Assembly (NCBI GenBank): GCA_963422735.1
Contig: OY730476.1
Span: 4,512,001-4,576,000, forward strand
Reading direction: 5' to 3'
DNA: 64,000 nt
Source: Candidatus Latescibacterota bacterium
Lineage (GTDB): Bacteria; Latescibacterota; UBA2968; UBA8231
The notes beneath the pieces are model-generated. The model saw only the letters and a list, made by a program, of their open reading frames with translations, searched no databases and was not told the origin of the DNA. Made by a program: the position numbers and the translations under genes. Shown here one piece after another: positions 11,793-21,752 of this stretch; the stretch's first letter is position 1; each line of letters starts with the position of its first letter.

Positions 11793-12836
11793 ATGAAGCA
11801 ATTGATTCTCTTCATTTACATGAGTGGTCTGCTTTTCGCTTCCCCGGTGGGTGCGGCCACAATCGAAGAAGTGCTGGCGTACTGCCGTGCAAAGGACCAA
11901 GAGGCCGACCGGCTCGCTTGTTATGATGAATTGGCTCGTGCCGTCGCAGAGGGCGTAGCCCTTCCCGCCCTACCTAATTCCGGCATAGGTAAGTGGGAGG
12001 TGAGTCAAGAAGTCTCGCCGGTTGATGACTCGCGAACTGTATACATGTACTTAGCAGCGGAGAACGAAGTTGATGTAAGAGGTTGGGGATTGGGGGCCAC
12101 TCGCCCGCGGCTTATAGTTCGTTGTCAGGAGGGCGAAACGGAGGTATACATTATTTACGATTCGTCTTTGGATCTCTTGGAAGACTATATCACCGTTTTG
12201 ACCCGTTTTGACAAGCACGCTGCACAAGAGCATCGTTGGGGTCTGTCCACGGATAAGGAGGCGATTTTTGCGCCGGAAGGCGTTCTTTGGGCGCGTACGA
12301 TAGCAAATGCGCAAAAGCTGTTTGTGCGATTTACTCCGTCGGGAGAGAGTCCGGTATCTGCTACTTTCCATCTGATGGGCAGTGAAGAGGCGATGCGTCC
12401 ATTGCGCGAGGCCTGTGGCTGGGGGATAGACCTACCATTAGATGACGTGACCATTGAGGACACCGAGCTCGATTTTGGTCTCGACGATCTGGCCCCGCCG
12501 CCGCCATTAGAGGAGGAGGTGGTTGAGGAAATCGAGTTGGAGGAAGAAGAGATCGTTGAGTTGTGGCGGGTGGAGAAGCAGCCTGTGATTACCAAGAAAA
12601 TAAAGCCGAAGTATCCGGCCAACGCCCAGAAGGCCAATATTACGGGCAAGGTGTTTGTCACCGCGCTAGTGGGCAAAGACGGCAAGGTCGAGCAAGTGGG
12701 CAAGATCACGGGTCCCAAGGTGTTCCACGAGGTGGCCAAGGCCGCCGCTCTTGAGTCGGAGTTTACGCCGGCGATGCAAAACGATAGACCCGTCAAGGTC
12801 TGGGTCAGCCTGCCCTTCACCTTTAGGAATAATTGA
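11793..12836 (+). CDS. Exported VasI/TagO-like domain fused to an acidic Pro-rich linker and a TonB C-terminal domain
   Basis: Signal peptide; C...RLACYD; W...SPVDDS; LIVRC; then PPPPLEEEVVEE linker and PKYP...GKVFV...FTPA...PVKVWVSLPFTF (TonB_C). Confidence 0.7.
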   Translation: MKQLILFIYMSGLLFASPVGAATIEEVLAYCRAKDQEADRLACYDELARAVAEGVALPALPNSGIGKWEVSQEVSPVDDSRTVYMYLAAENEVDVRGWGLGATRPRLIVRCQEGETEVYIIYDSSLDLLEDYITVLTRFDKHAAQEHRWGLSTDKEAIFAPEGVLWARTIANAQKLFVRFTPSGESPVSATFHLMGSEEAMRPLREACGWGIDLPLDDVTIEDTELDFGLDDLAPPPPLEEEVVEEIELEEEEIVELWRVEKQPVITKKIKPKYPANAQKANITGKVFVTALVGKDGKVEQVGKITGPKVFHEVAKAAALESEFTPAMQNDRPVKVWVSLPFTFRNN

Positions 12837-12876
12837 CACATATCCAACCCCTTCTCTCGTCAAGGAACCTGTCTAT

Positions 12877-13878
12877 ATGAACAGCTCAAAAGAACAGCGA
12901 CCGCCCATCCGCTGGGGCATCCTCGGCCCGGGCAGCATTGCCCACAAATTCGCCGTTGGCCTCAAGGCCATTCCCGAAGGGGAGTTGGTCGCCGTTGGCT
13001 CGCGCAACCCACAGCGCGCCGACGCCTTTGCCGACCAGTACGGTGCCCCCAACCGCCACGCCTCGTACGAGGCCCTCAGCACCGATCCCGACATTGACGC
13101 GGTGTACGTGGCCACCCCCCATCCCTTCCACAAAGACCATGCTATCCGCTGCCTCGAAGCCGGCAAGGCCGTGCTCTGCGAGAAGCCCTTTACCATCAAC
13201 GCCGCCGAGGCCGAATCCGTCGTCGCCAGCGCCCGCGACAACTGCGTCTTTCTGATGGAGGCCATGTGGACCCGCTACTTGCCCATTATGGTGCAGGTGC
13301 GCCAGTGGCTCGACGCTGGTGCCATCGGCGAGCCGCTGATGGTCAACGCTGACTTTGGTTTTCGCGCCAGCGTCAATCCCACCGGCCGGCTCTTCAACCC
13401 CGCTCTGGGCGGCGGTGCCCTGCTCGACATCGGCATCTACGTCGTCTCCTTTGCAGCAATGGTCCTCGGGTCGCAGCCAGCCCAGATCGCCGCTGCCGCG
13501 CACCTTGGCGAAACCGGCGTTGACGAGCAAACCGGCATCGTGCTCCGCTATAGCAGCGGTGCCATTGCCAACCTCTCCTGTGCCATCCGCGCTTCCACCT
13601 CACACGAGGCCCGCATCGTCGGTAGCAAGGGGACGATTGCCATCGATCCGTCGTGGTGGAGAGGCGAAAGCGCCACGCTCAAAGCCGGGGGCCGAAAAGA
13701 GCATATCGAGTTGCCGTTGGAGGGCAATGGCTATAACTACGAAGCGCAGGAGGTAGCCCGCTGCCTCGCCGCTGGCGAATGCGAGAGCGCGGTCATGTCG
13801 CTCGACGAAACCGTGGCGCTGATGCGGATCCTCGACGAAATCCGCGCTCAGATCGGTCTAAAATATCCAATGGAATGA
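12877..13878 (+). CDS. Gfo/Idh/MocA oxidoreductase
   Basis: WGILGPGSIA, YVATPH, CEKP, GGGALLDIGIY. Confidence 0.92.
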   Translation: MNSSKEQRPPIRWGILGPGSIAHKFAVGLKAIPEGELVAVGSRNPQRADAFADQYGAPNRHASYEALSTDPDIDAVYVATPHPFHKDHAIRCLEAGKAVLCEKPFTINAAEAESVVASARDNCVFLMEAMWTRYLPIMVQVRQWLDAGAIGEPLMVNADFGFRASVNPTGRLFNPALGGGALLDIGIYVVSFAAMVLGSQPAQIAAAAHLGETGVDEQTGIVLRYSSGAIANLSCAIRASTSHEARIVGSKGTIAIDPSWWRGESATLKAGGRKEHIELPLEGNGYNYEAQEVARCLAAGECESAVMSLDETVALMRILDEIRAQIGLKYPME

Positions 13879-13891
13879 AAGGAAAAAACTC

Positions 13892-14860
13892 GTGCAATAC
13901 GGCAACGTACAAGGCATCAAAAAGAATATTTCGCGCTTGGTTCAAGGTTGCATCATGCTCAATCGCAGCCAAAAAGAAGAAGGCTTCGCCCTGCTCGACG
14001 CCGCTCGGCAGGCCGGCATCACCGCGTATGACACGGCCCACGGCTACGGCGGCGGGGAAGTAGATCGCATGCTCGGGCTGTGGATGGAGGAAAGGGGCAA
14101 CCGCGATGAAATCGTCATCATCGGCAAGGGTGCTCACCTCAATCAAGATCGCAATCGCGTCACTCCCTATGACATCGCCGCGGACATGGCCGACTCGCTA
14201 GTGCGCCTGCGCTCTGACTATATCGACCTCTACCTTTTGCACCGAGACGACCCGGCGGTCCCGGTCGGCCCTATCGTCGAGGCACTCAACGAGCATCACG
14301 CGGCCGGCCGCATCCACGCTTTCGGCGGCTCGAATTGGACGCCGGAACGCTTGGCCGAGGCTAACGAATACGCAGACAAACGCGGGCTCGTGCCCTTTGC
14401 GGCTTCCAGCCCGAACTTCAGCTTGGCGGATCAGATCGCCGAGCCGTGGAAAGATTGCCTGTCGATTGCCGGCCCAAGCCAAGCCGCCGCCCGCACGTGG
14501 TACGCCGAGCACGACATGCCGCTGTTTACTTGGTCGAGCGTGGCCCGCGGCTTCTTCTCGGGCAAAATTACCCGCGCCAGCGCCGAGCAAATGCGCGACC
14601 AATTCGATGGCTCCATGCCCAAATCGTACTACGGCGAAGACAATTTCAAGCGGCTCGACCGAGCGTGGGCACTAGCTGAAGAAAAGGGGCTGTCGGTGCC
14701 ACAGATCGCCTTGTCGTACGTGCTCAGCTACCCGCTCAATATATACGCCTTGGTCGGCAGCATGAGCGGCGATGAGATCGCGGCCAACGAGCAGGCTCTC
14801 GACAACCCGCTCACCGAGGCGGAGAGGGCGTGGCTAGATTTGCGGAGCGAGGAGCGCTAA
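13892..14860 (+). CDS. Aldo/keto reductase
   Basis: DTAHGYG, DYIDLYLLHRD, GGSNW. Confidence 0.9.
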   Translation: MQYGNVQGIKKNISRLVQGCIMLNRSQKEEGFALLDAARQAGITAYDTAHGYGGGEVDRMLGLWMEERGNRDEIVIIGKGAHLNQDRNRVTPYDIAADMADSLVRLRSDYIDLYLLHRDDPAVPVGPIVEALNEHHAAGRIHAFGGSNWTPERLAEANEYADKRGLVPFAASSPNFSLADQIAEPWKDCLSIAGPSQAAARTWYAEHDMPLFTWSSVARGFFSGKITRASAEQMRDQFDGSMPKSYYGEDNFKRLDRAWALAEEKGLSVPQIALSYVLSYPLNIYALVGSMSGDEIAANEQALDNPLTEAERAWLDLRSEER

Positions 14861-16321
14861 ATGGCTAAGCGTCCCAATATCGTCGTCCTGATGTCCGACC
14901 AGCAACGGCTCGATACTGTCAGTTGCTATGGGCTTAACGAGGTGTGCCAGACGCCTCACATTGACGCCTTAGCCGCGCGCGGCATTCGCTTTGACTCGGC
15001 GTTCACGCCGACCGCGATCTGCTCGCCAGCCCGCGCATCCTTTTACACGGGCCTCTATCCGCACAAGCACGGGGTTACGGCCAATGGTCTGTGCCTGCGC
15101 GAGGGCGTACGCGGATTAAATCACTATCTGGCCGAGGTCGGCTACCGCTGTGGATACGCCGGCAAGTGGCACGTGGATGAGCAAACCGGCCCTACGGGAT
15201 ACGGGTTTGCGGGCCAGGATTTCATGGGCTACGCCTTTCCGGGGTCCGACTTGCTCCCGGGCCTGCAATTCGGAGCCAAACCGAGGGGACACAACCCGTA
15301 TGCCGATTATCTCAAGGAACGCGGCTTCGACCCACCGCCGCCGGTGTCGCACCGCTTTGTCGGCACTAACCCCTCGAACCAGGCTCAGGAGATGTTCGCA
15401 TTGCACGAGGGGCCGATCGAGTCGTGCATTGAGTATTTCGTCGCCGAGGAAGCCATTCGCGTCCTCGACGAAGTGGCTACCGATGAGCAACCCTTTTTCC
15501 TCTGGGCCAACTTCTGGGGGCCGCACAGCCCCTCGCTGGTTCCAGAGCCGTACTTTTCCATGTACGATCCAAAGGCTATTCCCGAACACCCCGGCTACGC
15601 CGAGACCTTCGACAAAAAACCCTATCGCCAGCAGTTAATCGAGAGGCTGTGGGGGTTGGGCGATTATGGTTGGGAGGGGTTTCAGGAAATTGCCGCCCGC
15701 TACTTTGGGCATTGTACGCTTATCGACGACATGGTTGGCCGGATGGTGGCCCACTTGGAACAACTGGGCGTCCTCGACGACACCATTATCGTCTATACCT
15801 CGGATCACGGAGACTGCCTTGGTGCGCACAAGCTGATCGAGAAGGGCGAGTTTATGTACGACGAGATCTACCGCATCCCGCTCGTCATCGCCCACCCCAA
15901 CTGCCAAGCTCCGGGCACGGCCTGCGACGAATTCGTCTATTTGCACGAAATTATGCTCTCGGTGCTCGACGCCGCCGGTCTCGAAGTTTCCCCGGACCTC
16001 GACGGCCAGTCCTTTCTCCCGGCCATAAAGGGCCATCCGTTTGCGAACGGTCGCGAGGAAGTTTACTGCGTATTCGACCGCCATTTTACGGTCGCCAACC
16101 AGCGCATGGTCCGCACCCGCACCCATCAGTTTACCTTTAATTCGGGCGACCCGGGCGAGCTATACGACTTGCAACGCGACCCCTATCAGCTCGACAACGT
16201 GTACGGCGACTCTGCGTACGAGGCCGTGCGCCAAGACCTTATGGGGCGGATGGAACGCTATATGGAGGAATTGAGCGACCCGTTGGGCGGATGGTTTGGG
16301 CGGATTAAGGGCGCGTATTAA
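14861..16321 (+). CDS. Formylglycine-dependent sulfatase
   Basis: RPNIVVLMSDQ, CSPARAS (CxPxR), GKWH, TSDHG. Confidence 0.93.
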   Translation: MAKRPNIVVLMSDQQRLDTVSCYGLNEVCQTPHIDALAARGIRFDSAFTPTAICSPARASFYTGLYPHKHGVTANGLCLREGVRGLNHYLAEVGYRCGYAGKWHVDEQTGPTGYGFAGQDFMGYAFPGSDLLPGLQFGAKPRGHNPYADYLKERGFDPPPPVSHRFVGTNPSNQAQEMFALHEGPIESCIEYFVAEEAIRVLDEVATDEQPFFLWANFWGPHSPSLVPEPYFSMYDPKAIPEHPGYAETFDKKPYRQQLIERLWGLGDYGWEGFQEIAARYFGHCTLIDDMVGRMVAHLEQLGVLDDTIIVYTSDHGDCLGAHKLIEKGEFMYDEIYRIPLVIAHPNCQAPGTACDEFVYLHEIMLSVLDAAGLEVSPDLDGQSFLPAIKGHPFANGREEVYCVFDRHFTVANQRMVRTRTHQFTFNSGDPGELYDLQRDPYQLDNVYGDSAYEAVRQDLMGRMERYMEELSDPLGGWFGRIKGAY

Positions 16322-16398
16322 ATTGCCGAGGAAACTCTCGTAAAGTTAGGCGGTCTCTTTCCGCAGAGTACACCCCAAGTACCCTTAGGAGGTGCCAG

Positions 16399-17679
16399 AT
16401 GGAAATGTTCCTGATCCTCGCCCTAGTTTTCGCTGTGTTACTCGTCGTGGTGATCGTCATCGTTCGGACGAACCTCTTTATCTGCCAGCCCAACGCGGTC
16501 ATCATCTTCTCGGGCCGCAAACGCCAGACATCTGACGGTCGTGCGGTGGGTTATCGCGTGATCAAGGGAGGCCGCGCCTTTCGCATCCCACTCCTCGAAA
16601 AGGTTGATCGCCTCGACTTGCGCACGATTCCCCTCGAAGTATCGATCACGAACGCGTACTCCAAAGGCGGCATCCCGCTGTCGGTGCAAGGCATCGCCAA
16701 CATCAAGATTGCCGGCGACGAGCCGCTGCTCGGCAACGCGCTAGAGCGCTTCTTGGGCATCCAGCTCACCGAAGTCCAAGACATTGCCAAAGATACCCTC
16801 GAAGGCAACCTGCGCGGCGTCCTCGCCACGCTGACCCCGGAAGAAGTCAACGAGGACCGCCTCAAATTTGCCCAATCGCTCATCGGCGAGGCGGACGTCG
16901 ATCTGCAGAAGTTGGGCTTGGTGCTCGACACGCTCAAGATCCAGAATGTCTCCGACGAGGTAGGCTATCTCGACGCTATCGGCCGCAAGAGCACTGCTGC
17001 GGTCCTCAAGGAAGCCGAAATCGCCGAGGCCGAAAACCGCGCCGAATCACAGGAGAAATCCGCCGACGCCCGTCGCCGCGGCGAAGTCGCCGACGCCGAG
17101 GCCCAAGTCCAGATCGTCGATGCGCAAAACTTGCTCCGCGTCCGCAAAGCCGAGTTAGAAGGCGAGGGCTTGGCCGCGGAGAAGCGCGCTGTGCAGATTG
17201 CCCGCAAAGCCGAAGTCCAGGCCGAGCAGCAGGTCGAGCAGGAGCGCCTAGCGCTGCAAAAGCGCCGGCTCGAAATTGAAGTCATTGAGCCGGCCCGCGC
17301 CGATCGCGACGCGGCCGAGTTGCGCGCTAAGGGCGAGGCAGCCAACATCCTCGAAAACGGCCTCGCCGAGATCGAGGTACTCAAACAGAAGAACGAAGTC
17401 TGGACCATTGCTGGCCCCAATGGCAAGGAGTTGTTGTTGATCCAGATGCTGCCGAACTTGGTCGAGCAAATCACCGCCATGGCCAAGGACATCAAAATTG
17501 ACCACCTCGCCGTCGTCGATTCCGGCAACGGCGGTCAGAGTGGCCTGCCGGCGGTCGTCAACCAGATCGGGGCGCTGGCCCCTGCGCTTTTCGAGAGCAT
17601 CAAGGCCACCACCGGCGTCGATTTAGCCTCGGTCATCGGCGAGAAGGCCGACGGCCAGATCCCGGCGCAGGAAGGGTAG
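16399..17679 (+). CDS. Flotillin/SPFH domain protein
   Basis: N-terminal TM helix, LEGNLRGVLATLTPEE SPFH segment, EA-rich coiled coil; RBS aggagg. Confidence 0.9.
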   Translation: MEMFLILALVFAVLLVVVIVIVRTNLFICQPNAVIIFSGRKRQTSDGRAVGYRVIKGGRAFRIPLLEKVDRLDLRTIPLEVSITNAYSKGGIPLSVQGIANIKIAGDEPLLGNALERFLGIQLTEVQDIAKDTLEGNLRGVLATLTPEEVNEDRLKFAQSLIGEADVDLQKLGLVLDTLKIQNVSDEVGYLDAIGRKSTAAVLKEAEIAEAENRAESQEKSADARRRGEVADAEAQVQIVDAQNLLRVRKAELEGEGLAAEKRAVQIARKAEVQAEQQVEQERLALQKRRLEIEVIEPARADRDAAELRAKGEAANILENGLAEIEVLKQKNEVWTIAGPNGKELLLIQMLPNLVEQITAMAKDIKIDHLAVVDSGNGGQSGLPAVVNQIGALAPALFESIKATTGVDLASVIGEKADGQIPAQEG

Positions 17680-17680
17680 C

Positions 17681-18181
17681 GTGGATCTCTTTTACCTCTA
17701 CTTGAGCTGCTTGATCGTCGGGGGGATCGCCGTCGGGGCCTCGCTGTTTGGAGGGGACGGCGATGGCTTGGACGACGGCCTGCAGGCACTGGCTGTTTTG
17801 CGGCTGCGGCTGTTCTTCTTTTTTGCCTTCTTCTTCGGACTGGCCGGGATGCTCGGCAGCCTGCTGATGGGGTCGGGTGCTGCGTTGTTCACGGCATTAG
17901 GTAGCGGTGTAGTCTGTTCCTTCTTGGGCGACTGGACGCTGAATCGGTTGAGCAGATCAAGCGCCGACAGTTCGTTGGCGGGCGACGACTTAATCGGCCT
18001 TGAAGCCGAAGTCACCGTCCCCATCGCCAGTGGCGGCACCGGCAAAATTTCCGCTACCGTTCAAGGCCGCACCATCGAACTATTGGCGCGCCGGGCCGAC
18101 GCTCAAGGCCTACTCAACTCCGGGGACCGGGTCTTGGTCATCGAAGTCCACGACGGCGTCGCCGTCGTCGCTCCGAGCTAG
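17681..18181 (+). CDS. NfeD-like membrane protein
   Basis: Three hydrophobic segments plus OB-fold tail (LIGLEAEVTVPI...GDRVLVIEV); adjacent to flotillin. Confidence 0.82.
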   Translation: MDLFYLYLSCLIVGGIAVGASLFGGDGDGLDDGLQALAVLRLRLFFFFAFFFGLAGMLGSLLMGSGAALFTALGSGVVCSFLGDWTLNRLSRSSADSSLAGDDLIGLEAEVTVPIASGGTGKISATVQGRTIELLARRADAQGLLNSGDRVLVIEVHDGVAVVAPS

Positions 18182-18188
18182 CGCTACT

Positions 18189-19526
18189 CTACCCCCCAAA
18201 GCGGCAGACGATTTCGTAGATCACCTGCGTTGCAAAGAGCAGTTCTTCCACGGAGATGCGCTCGTCGTGGGCGTGGATTAGGGCCATCTCCTCCTCGCCT
18301 GGCGGCTGCCGATAGGGCATAAAGCCGTAGATCTGGGTTTCGGGACGGCGCGGCACAATGTGCTTGGCGTCGGTGCCGGCCGGCATCAGATAGGGGAGGA
18401 CTGGCGCGTTTGGCTCGCGCTTCTGCATCACTTCGGCGATCGTGCGGAAAAGCAGGGTGTCGGACGACGCCTCCAAGGGTGGTGTGTACTGATCGATCTC
18501 GATGACGACCTCATCGCCGACAAATGTGCGCAGCTCGGCCGCGAAACTCTCTGCCGTCTGACCGGGCACTAAGCGCCCATCGATCCAAGCAGTTGCCTCC
18601 CCTGGAATCACGTTGATCTTGGAACCGGCCTGCATCATGGTCGGCGAGGCCGTGTTGTGCAGCACTGCTCCCAACTCGCGGCGCAAGGTGCGGCCAATGG
18701 GCAGGTCGCGCAGCGCGGCATCTGCGGTCGCCGGGTCGAGGACTTGCTGCCAAAGGGCGGCTTCGGCGGCTGGACAGCGGCTGGCAATTCCCTCTATAAA
18801 GCGGCGTACGCTCGCGGACACGTGCGCGGGAAACACGGCTCCTTGCAAGCCAGCTAGTGCTCTGGACAGCTTGACGATCGCGCTGTCGCCGTGTGGCATG
18901 GAGCCGTGCCCGGGCGTTCCGCGGCCGATCAGGCGCAGCCGGCACAGTCCCTTTTGCCCGGTCTGGCAGGTGTAAAACCGCTGCTCGCCAACCGCGAAGT
19001 CGCTGCCGCCGCCTTCGGTGATAATCAAGGGTGCGTCCCACAGTTCCGGTCGATTGTCGATAATCCACCCCGGCCCGTGATTGCCTTTGCCGGCCTCCTC
19101 GTCGGCGGTGGCGGCGAAGACGATGTCGCGGTTGAGTTGGACGCCTTCCCGCTGCAACAACAGCAACACCATCAAATTCGCCGCGACCATGTTCTTCATA
19201 TCCAACGCGCCTCGCCCCCACACGCAGCCGTCGGCCAGTGCGCCGGAAAAAGGCGGATGCGTCCAGTGTTCAGGCTCGGCGGCCACCACATCTGTATGCC
19301 CCAATAGCATGAGCGGCGGCTCGTCGCCGCCGGTCAGTCGCGCGAGAACATTGCCCCGCCCAGGCGCGGACTCGACGAAGATCGGGTCAAAGCCCTCTCG
19401 CCGCAGTACGCCTTTGAGATAGCACGCGGCCTCGCTTTCGTTGCCCGGGGGGTTGGTGGTGTCGATGCGGATGAGGGCCTGCAAATGCCCGGTCACTTCG
19501 GTGCGCACAGCTTCCCAGTCGATCAC
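18189..19526 (-). CDS. M20/M25/M40 metallo-hydrolase
   Basis: GHTDVV, GRGALDMK, DEE, HAHDE. Confidence 0.92.
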   Translation of the reverse strand: MIDWEAVRTEVTGHLQALIRIDTTNPPGNESEAACYLKGVLRREGFDPIFVESAPGRGNVLARLTGGDEPPLMLLGHTDVVAAEPEHWTHPPFSGALADGCVWGRGALDMKNMVAANLMVLLLLQREGVQLNRDIVFAATADEEAGKGNHGPGWIIDNRPELWDAPLIITEGGGSDFAVGEQRFYTCQTGQKGLCRLRLIGRGTPGHGSMPHGDSAIVKLSRALAGLQGAVFPAHVSASVRRFIEGIASRCPAAEAALWQQVLDPATADAALRDLPIGRTLRRELGAVLHNTASPTMMQAGSKINVIPGEATAWIDGRLVPGQTAESFAAELRTFVGDEVVIEIDQYTPPLEASSDTLLFRTIAEVMQKREPNAPVLPYLMPAGTDAKHIVPRRPETQIYGFMPYRQPPGEEEMALIHAHDERISVEELLFATQVIYEIVCRFGG

Positions 19527-19608
19527 AATGGTTCCTTTCGGTTTGCTAGAAGCTATTCATACATCCTGCACTACATATTCACGGTCGCGAGTTGACCAAC
19601 AGCAGCCA

Positions 19609-19932
19609 TCAACCGGAATCAGCCGTTGCCAGCCGGAAAATCTCCAACGGTACTGCTACCAACAGAGGCTGAGCGGCCCCCGTGCCAAAGACGGCGGGTA
19701 CTATGAACTCTTCGCCCTCTAATCTCATCCAAGTTTGACCGATTTCCCGCTCTATCCTGCTGCCGTCGGCAAGTATAAAATTGGCTCTGCTGAGAGGGAC
19801 AACTCCCAATCTTCGCAGAAGGGGTTCAGGCAGCACGGTGTAGGTTGCGCCAGAATCTACCAGCGCACTAACGGCCTCAAAATGCCGTTCTTGGGGATCG
19901 CCTATTTCCCGCTCAATCTGAAAGATTCCCAT
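19609..19932 (-). pseudogene. Retropepsin-like (clan AA) aspartyl protease with degenerate C-terminus
   Basis: ALVDSGATYTVLP motif. The usual LLG...L..DP..RLIP tail is broken; QRLIPVDG lies in another frame. Confidence 0.65.
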
Positions 19933-20122
19933 CTGCTTGACTCCTCTTGCCAAATTATAAGGACAGGTACATAGGCTGCAATAACGGCACGGACTTCGGC
20001 CAATTTCGCGCAACGCCTGCCAATTTTTCTAGGCCGCGCTGACAGTATGGGCAGTGCCCCTTTTGTACTAAAAAATTCTCAACTCTATGTATAACAACGA
20101 GATGTGTAAAATTCTAAAATGT

Positions 20123-20138
20123 TGGCACGGCTTTTGCA
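20123..20138 (+). promoter_or_regulatory. Sigma54 (-24/-12) promoter for hsp20
   Basis: TGGCAC-GGCTT-TTGCA matches the consensus, about 54 bp upstream of the ATG. Confidence 0.8.
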
Positions 20139-20191
20139 CTTATGAGCAAAGGCCATACGAACTAACCACCACTTAACAAGGAGAAAAAATC

Positions 20192-20653
20192 ATGGCCGTC
20201 AAAACCTTAGTACCTAGCGCTCGCGTCAGCAATCGCCCGTGGCGCAGCCCGTTCGATCACCTCTTCGATGCCTTCTTTGGCGAGGACTCGCGCCTGCCCG
20301 TTTTGGCTGGCAACGCGGCTTTCACCCCTCGCATCGACGTCAAGGAAGACGACGTCTCCTACGAAATCTCGGCCGAACTGCCGGGGTTGGAGGAGAAGGA
20401 CATTGAGCTTTCCGTCTCCGACGGATCCCTCGTGCTGCGAGGCGAAAAGAGCGACGCGAGGGAGGCGAAGGAAGGCAAGTACTACCGCGAGGAGCGCATC
20501 TACGGTCGCTTTGAGCGCGCCTTCCACCTTCCCGATGGAGTAGAGGCAGACAAGATCGAAGCCAAGTTCAAGAACGGCGTCTTGGCAATCACCCTGCCCA
20601 AAAAGGAGGAGGCGAAAGAGGTCGTCCGCCAGGTGGAAGTCAAGGCCGGGTAA
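20192..20653 (+). CDS. Hsp20/alpha-crystallin small heat shock protein
   Basis: PRIDVKE, AELPG, ERIYGRFER, KNGVLAITLPK; RBS aaggag. Confidence 0.95.
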   Translation: MAVKTLVPSARVSNRPWRSPFDHLFDAFFGEDSRLPVLAGNAAFTPRIDVKEDDVSYEISAELPGLEEKDIELSVSDGSLVLRGEKSDAREAKEGKYYREERIYGRFERAFHLPDGVEADKIEAKFKNGVLAITLPKKEEAKEVVRQVEVKAG

Positions 20654-20702
20654 AGACCGACTAGTTGTTCACTAAGCCGGAGTTAAGGACGGCTGAACAC
20701 CG

Positions 20703-20733
20703 AGGGGAAGGGCATTAGCCCTTCCCCTTTTTT
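20703..20733 (+). terminator. Rho-independent terminator after hsp20
   Basis: aggggaagggc-atta-gcccttcccct followed by a T-run. Confidence 0.88.
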
Positions 20734-20835
20734 ATCTACACCGAGTAAACTCGATAACTCTGAAACAAACAAAGGTATTTGTACCGGAACCTTTTTAACT
20801 CCTAATAAGAGGGCTTTTGTAAGCTGTGGTGGCCT

Positions 20836-21366
20836 CTATGTATGGCGGCTACGGCTTTGAACCTTCGATACGAGCCACCACCCTACTGCATCGAGACAGA
20901 AAACAACTATGAGGGCAACAGCCGGGCCAAACCAAGTATGTTCTTTGGGCGCGGTCCATGCGAAAATATAGATAAATCCCAGCAGATAACACACCGCATC
21001 CATCCGCTTCCGCGCCAATGGAGCCGCAAGATACATGCAGGCGTACGTGCTGGACGCAATCCATGTCCATGAAAATAGCCACGGTGTCCGGCCATAGAAG
21101 GGAATGCTGATGAGCGCGTAGCCTGTCCAATCGGTCGGAAACAGATCAAAGGCATGGTGGACGGAAAAAGCGATGCTGACGCCCATCGCAAACGCATTCC
21201 AAAGCGAACCCTTAGGAGATATCAGAATCCACAGTATAAGGGGGATGAGCGGACTGTGCGTGATGATAGAGCGGTGAAGTAGCAGATATTGGTCGATGTC
21301 TGGCAGGATGATCCCGCAATGAAGTCCTAGTGCAACAAACATCGGGGTCAAGACAGCACGTAACAT
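20836..21366 (-). CDS. Membrane protein, YdjM-like putative metal-dependent hydrolase
   Basis: LPDID...HRSIITHS...HHAFD motifs, several TM helices, lower GC. Confidence 0.6.
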   Translation of the reverse strand: MLRAVLTPMFVALGLHCGIILPDIDQYLLLHRSIITHSPLIPLILWILISPKGSLWNAFAMGVSIAFSVHHAFDLFPTDWTGYALISIPFYGRTPWLFSWTWIASSTYACMYLAAPLARKRMDAVCYLLGFIYIFAWTAPKEHTWFGPAVALIVVFCLDAVGWWLVSKVQSRSRHT

Positions 21367-21444
21367 TTGATTCCCTTCGATTGGCGCGGTATCACTTGGC
21401 GGCTCAGGATTGCGCCTAGGCCACCGAAGGCCGGTTGAGATTTC

Positions 21445-21542
21445 TCGTCCGTTGGTTATGGCTCAAATCCAGTTTTTCTAAGTTGGTCAAGTTTCCTAGA
21501 GCAGCCGGTAGAGAACCTGTCAGTTCATTATAGGCCAGATGA
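21445..21542 (-). pseudogene. Fragment of plant-type leucine-rich repeats
   Basis: LAYNELTGSLPAALGNLTNLEKLDLSHNQ matches LxxNxLxGxIPxxLGNLxxLxxLxL. Confidence 0.7.
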
Positions 21543-21544
21543 TG

Positions 21545-21752
21545 TTTCTCATGTCGGCTTGCAGCAAAATCCCAAGTTCCCATAGCGCACGCAAAATTTC
21601 GGCTAGGTTGACGCAATCTACCCCGTTTTCCCGGCAGTCAACTTTTCAAGAGCATCGGTCATCAACACCTGCGAGTCGGCATAAAGCCCCGCATCAATCA
21701 GGGCATTCACCTCTTTTTCAAGGGCAGGTGCGTGAATTTTAATCTGGAGCAT
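21545..21752 (-). pseudogene. Truncated antitoxin-like ORF followed by a possible PIN-toxin scrap
   Basis: RBS ggag, then MLQIKIHAPALEKEVNALIDAGLYADSQVLMTDALEKLTAGKTG* (21752-21618), then a NLAEILRALWELGIL fragment. The family call is tentative. Confidence 0.4.
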
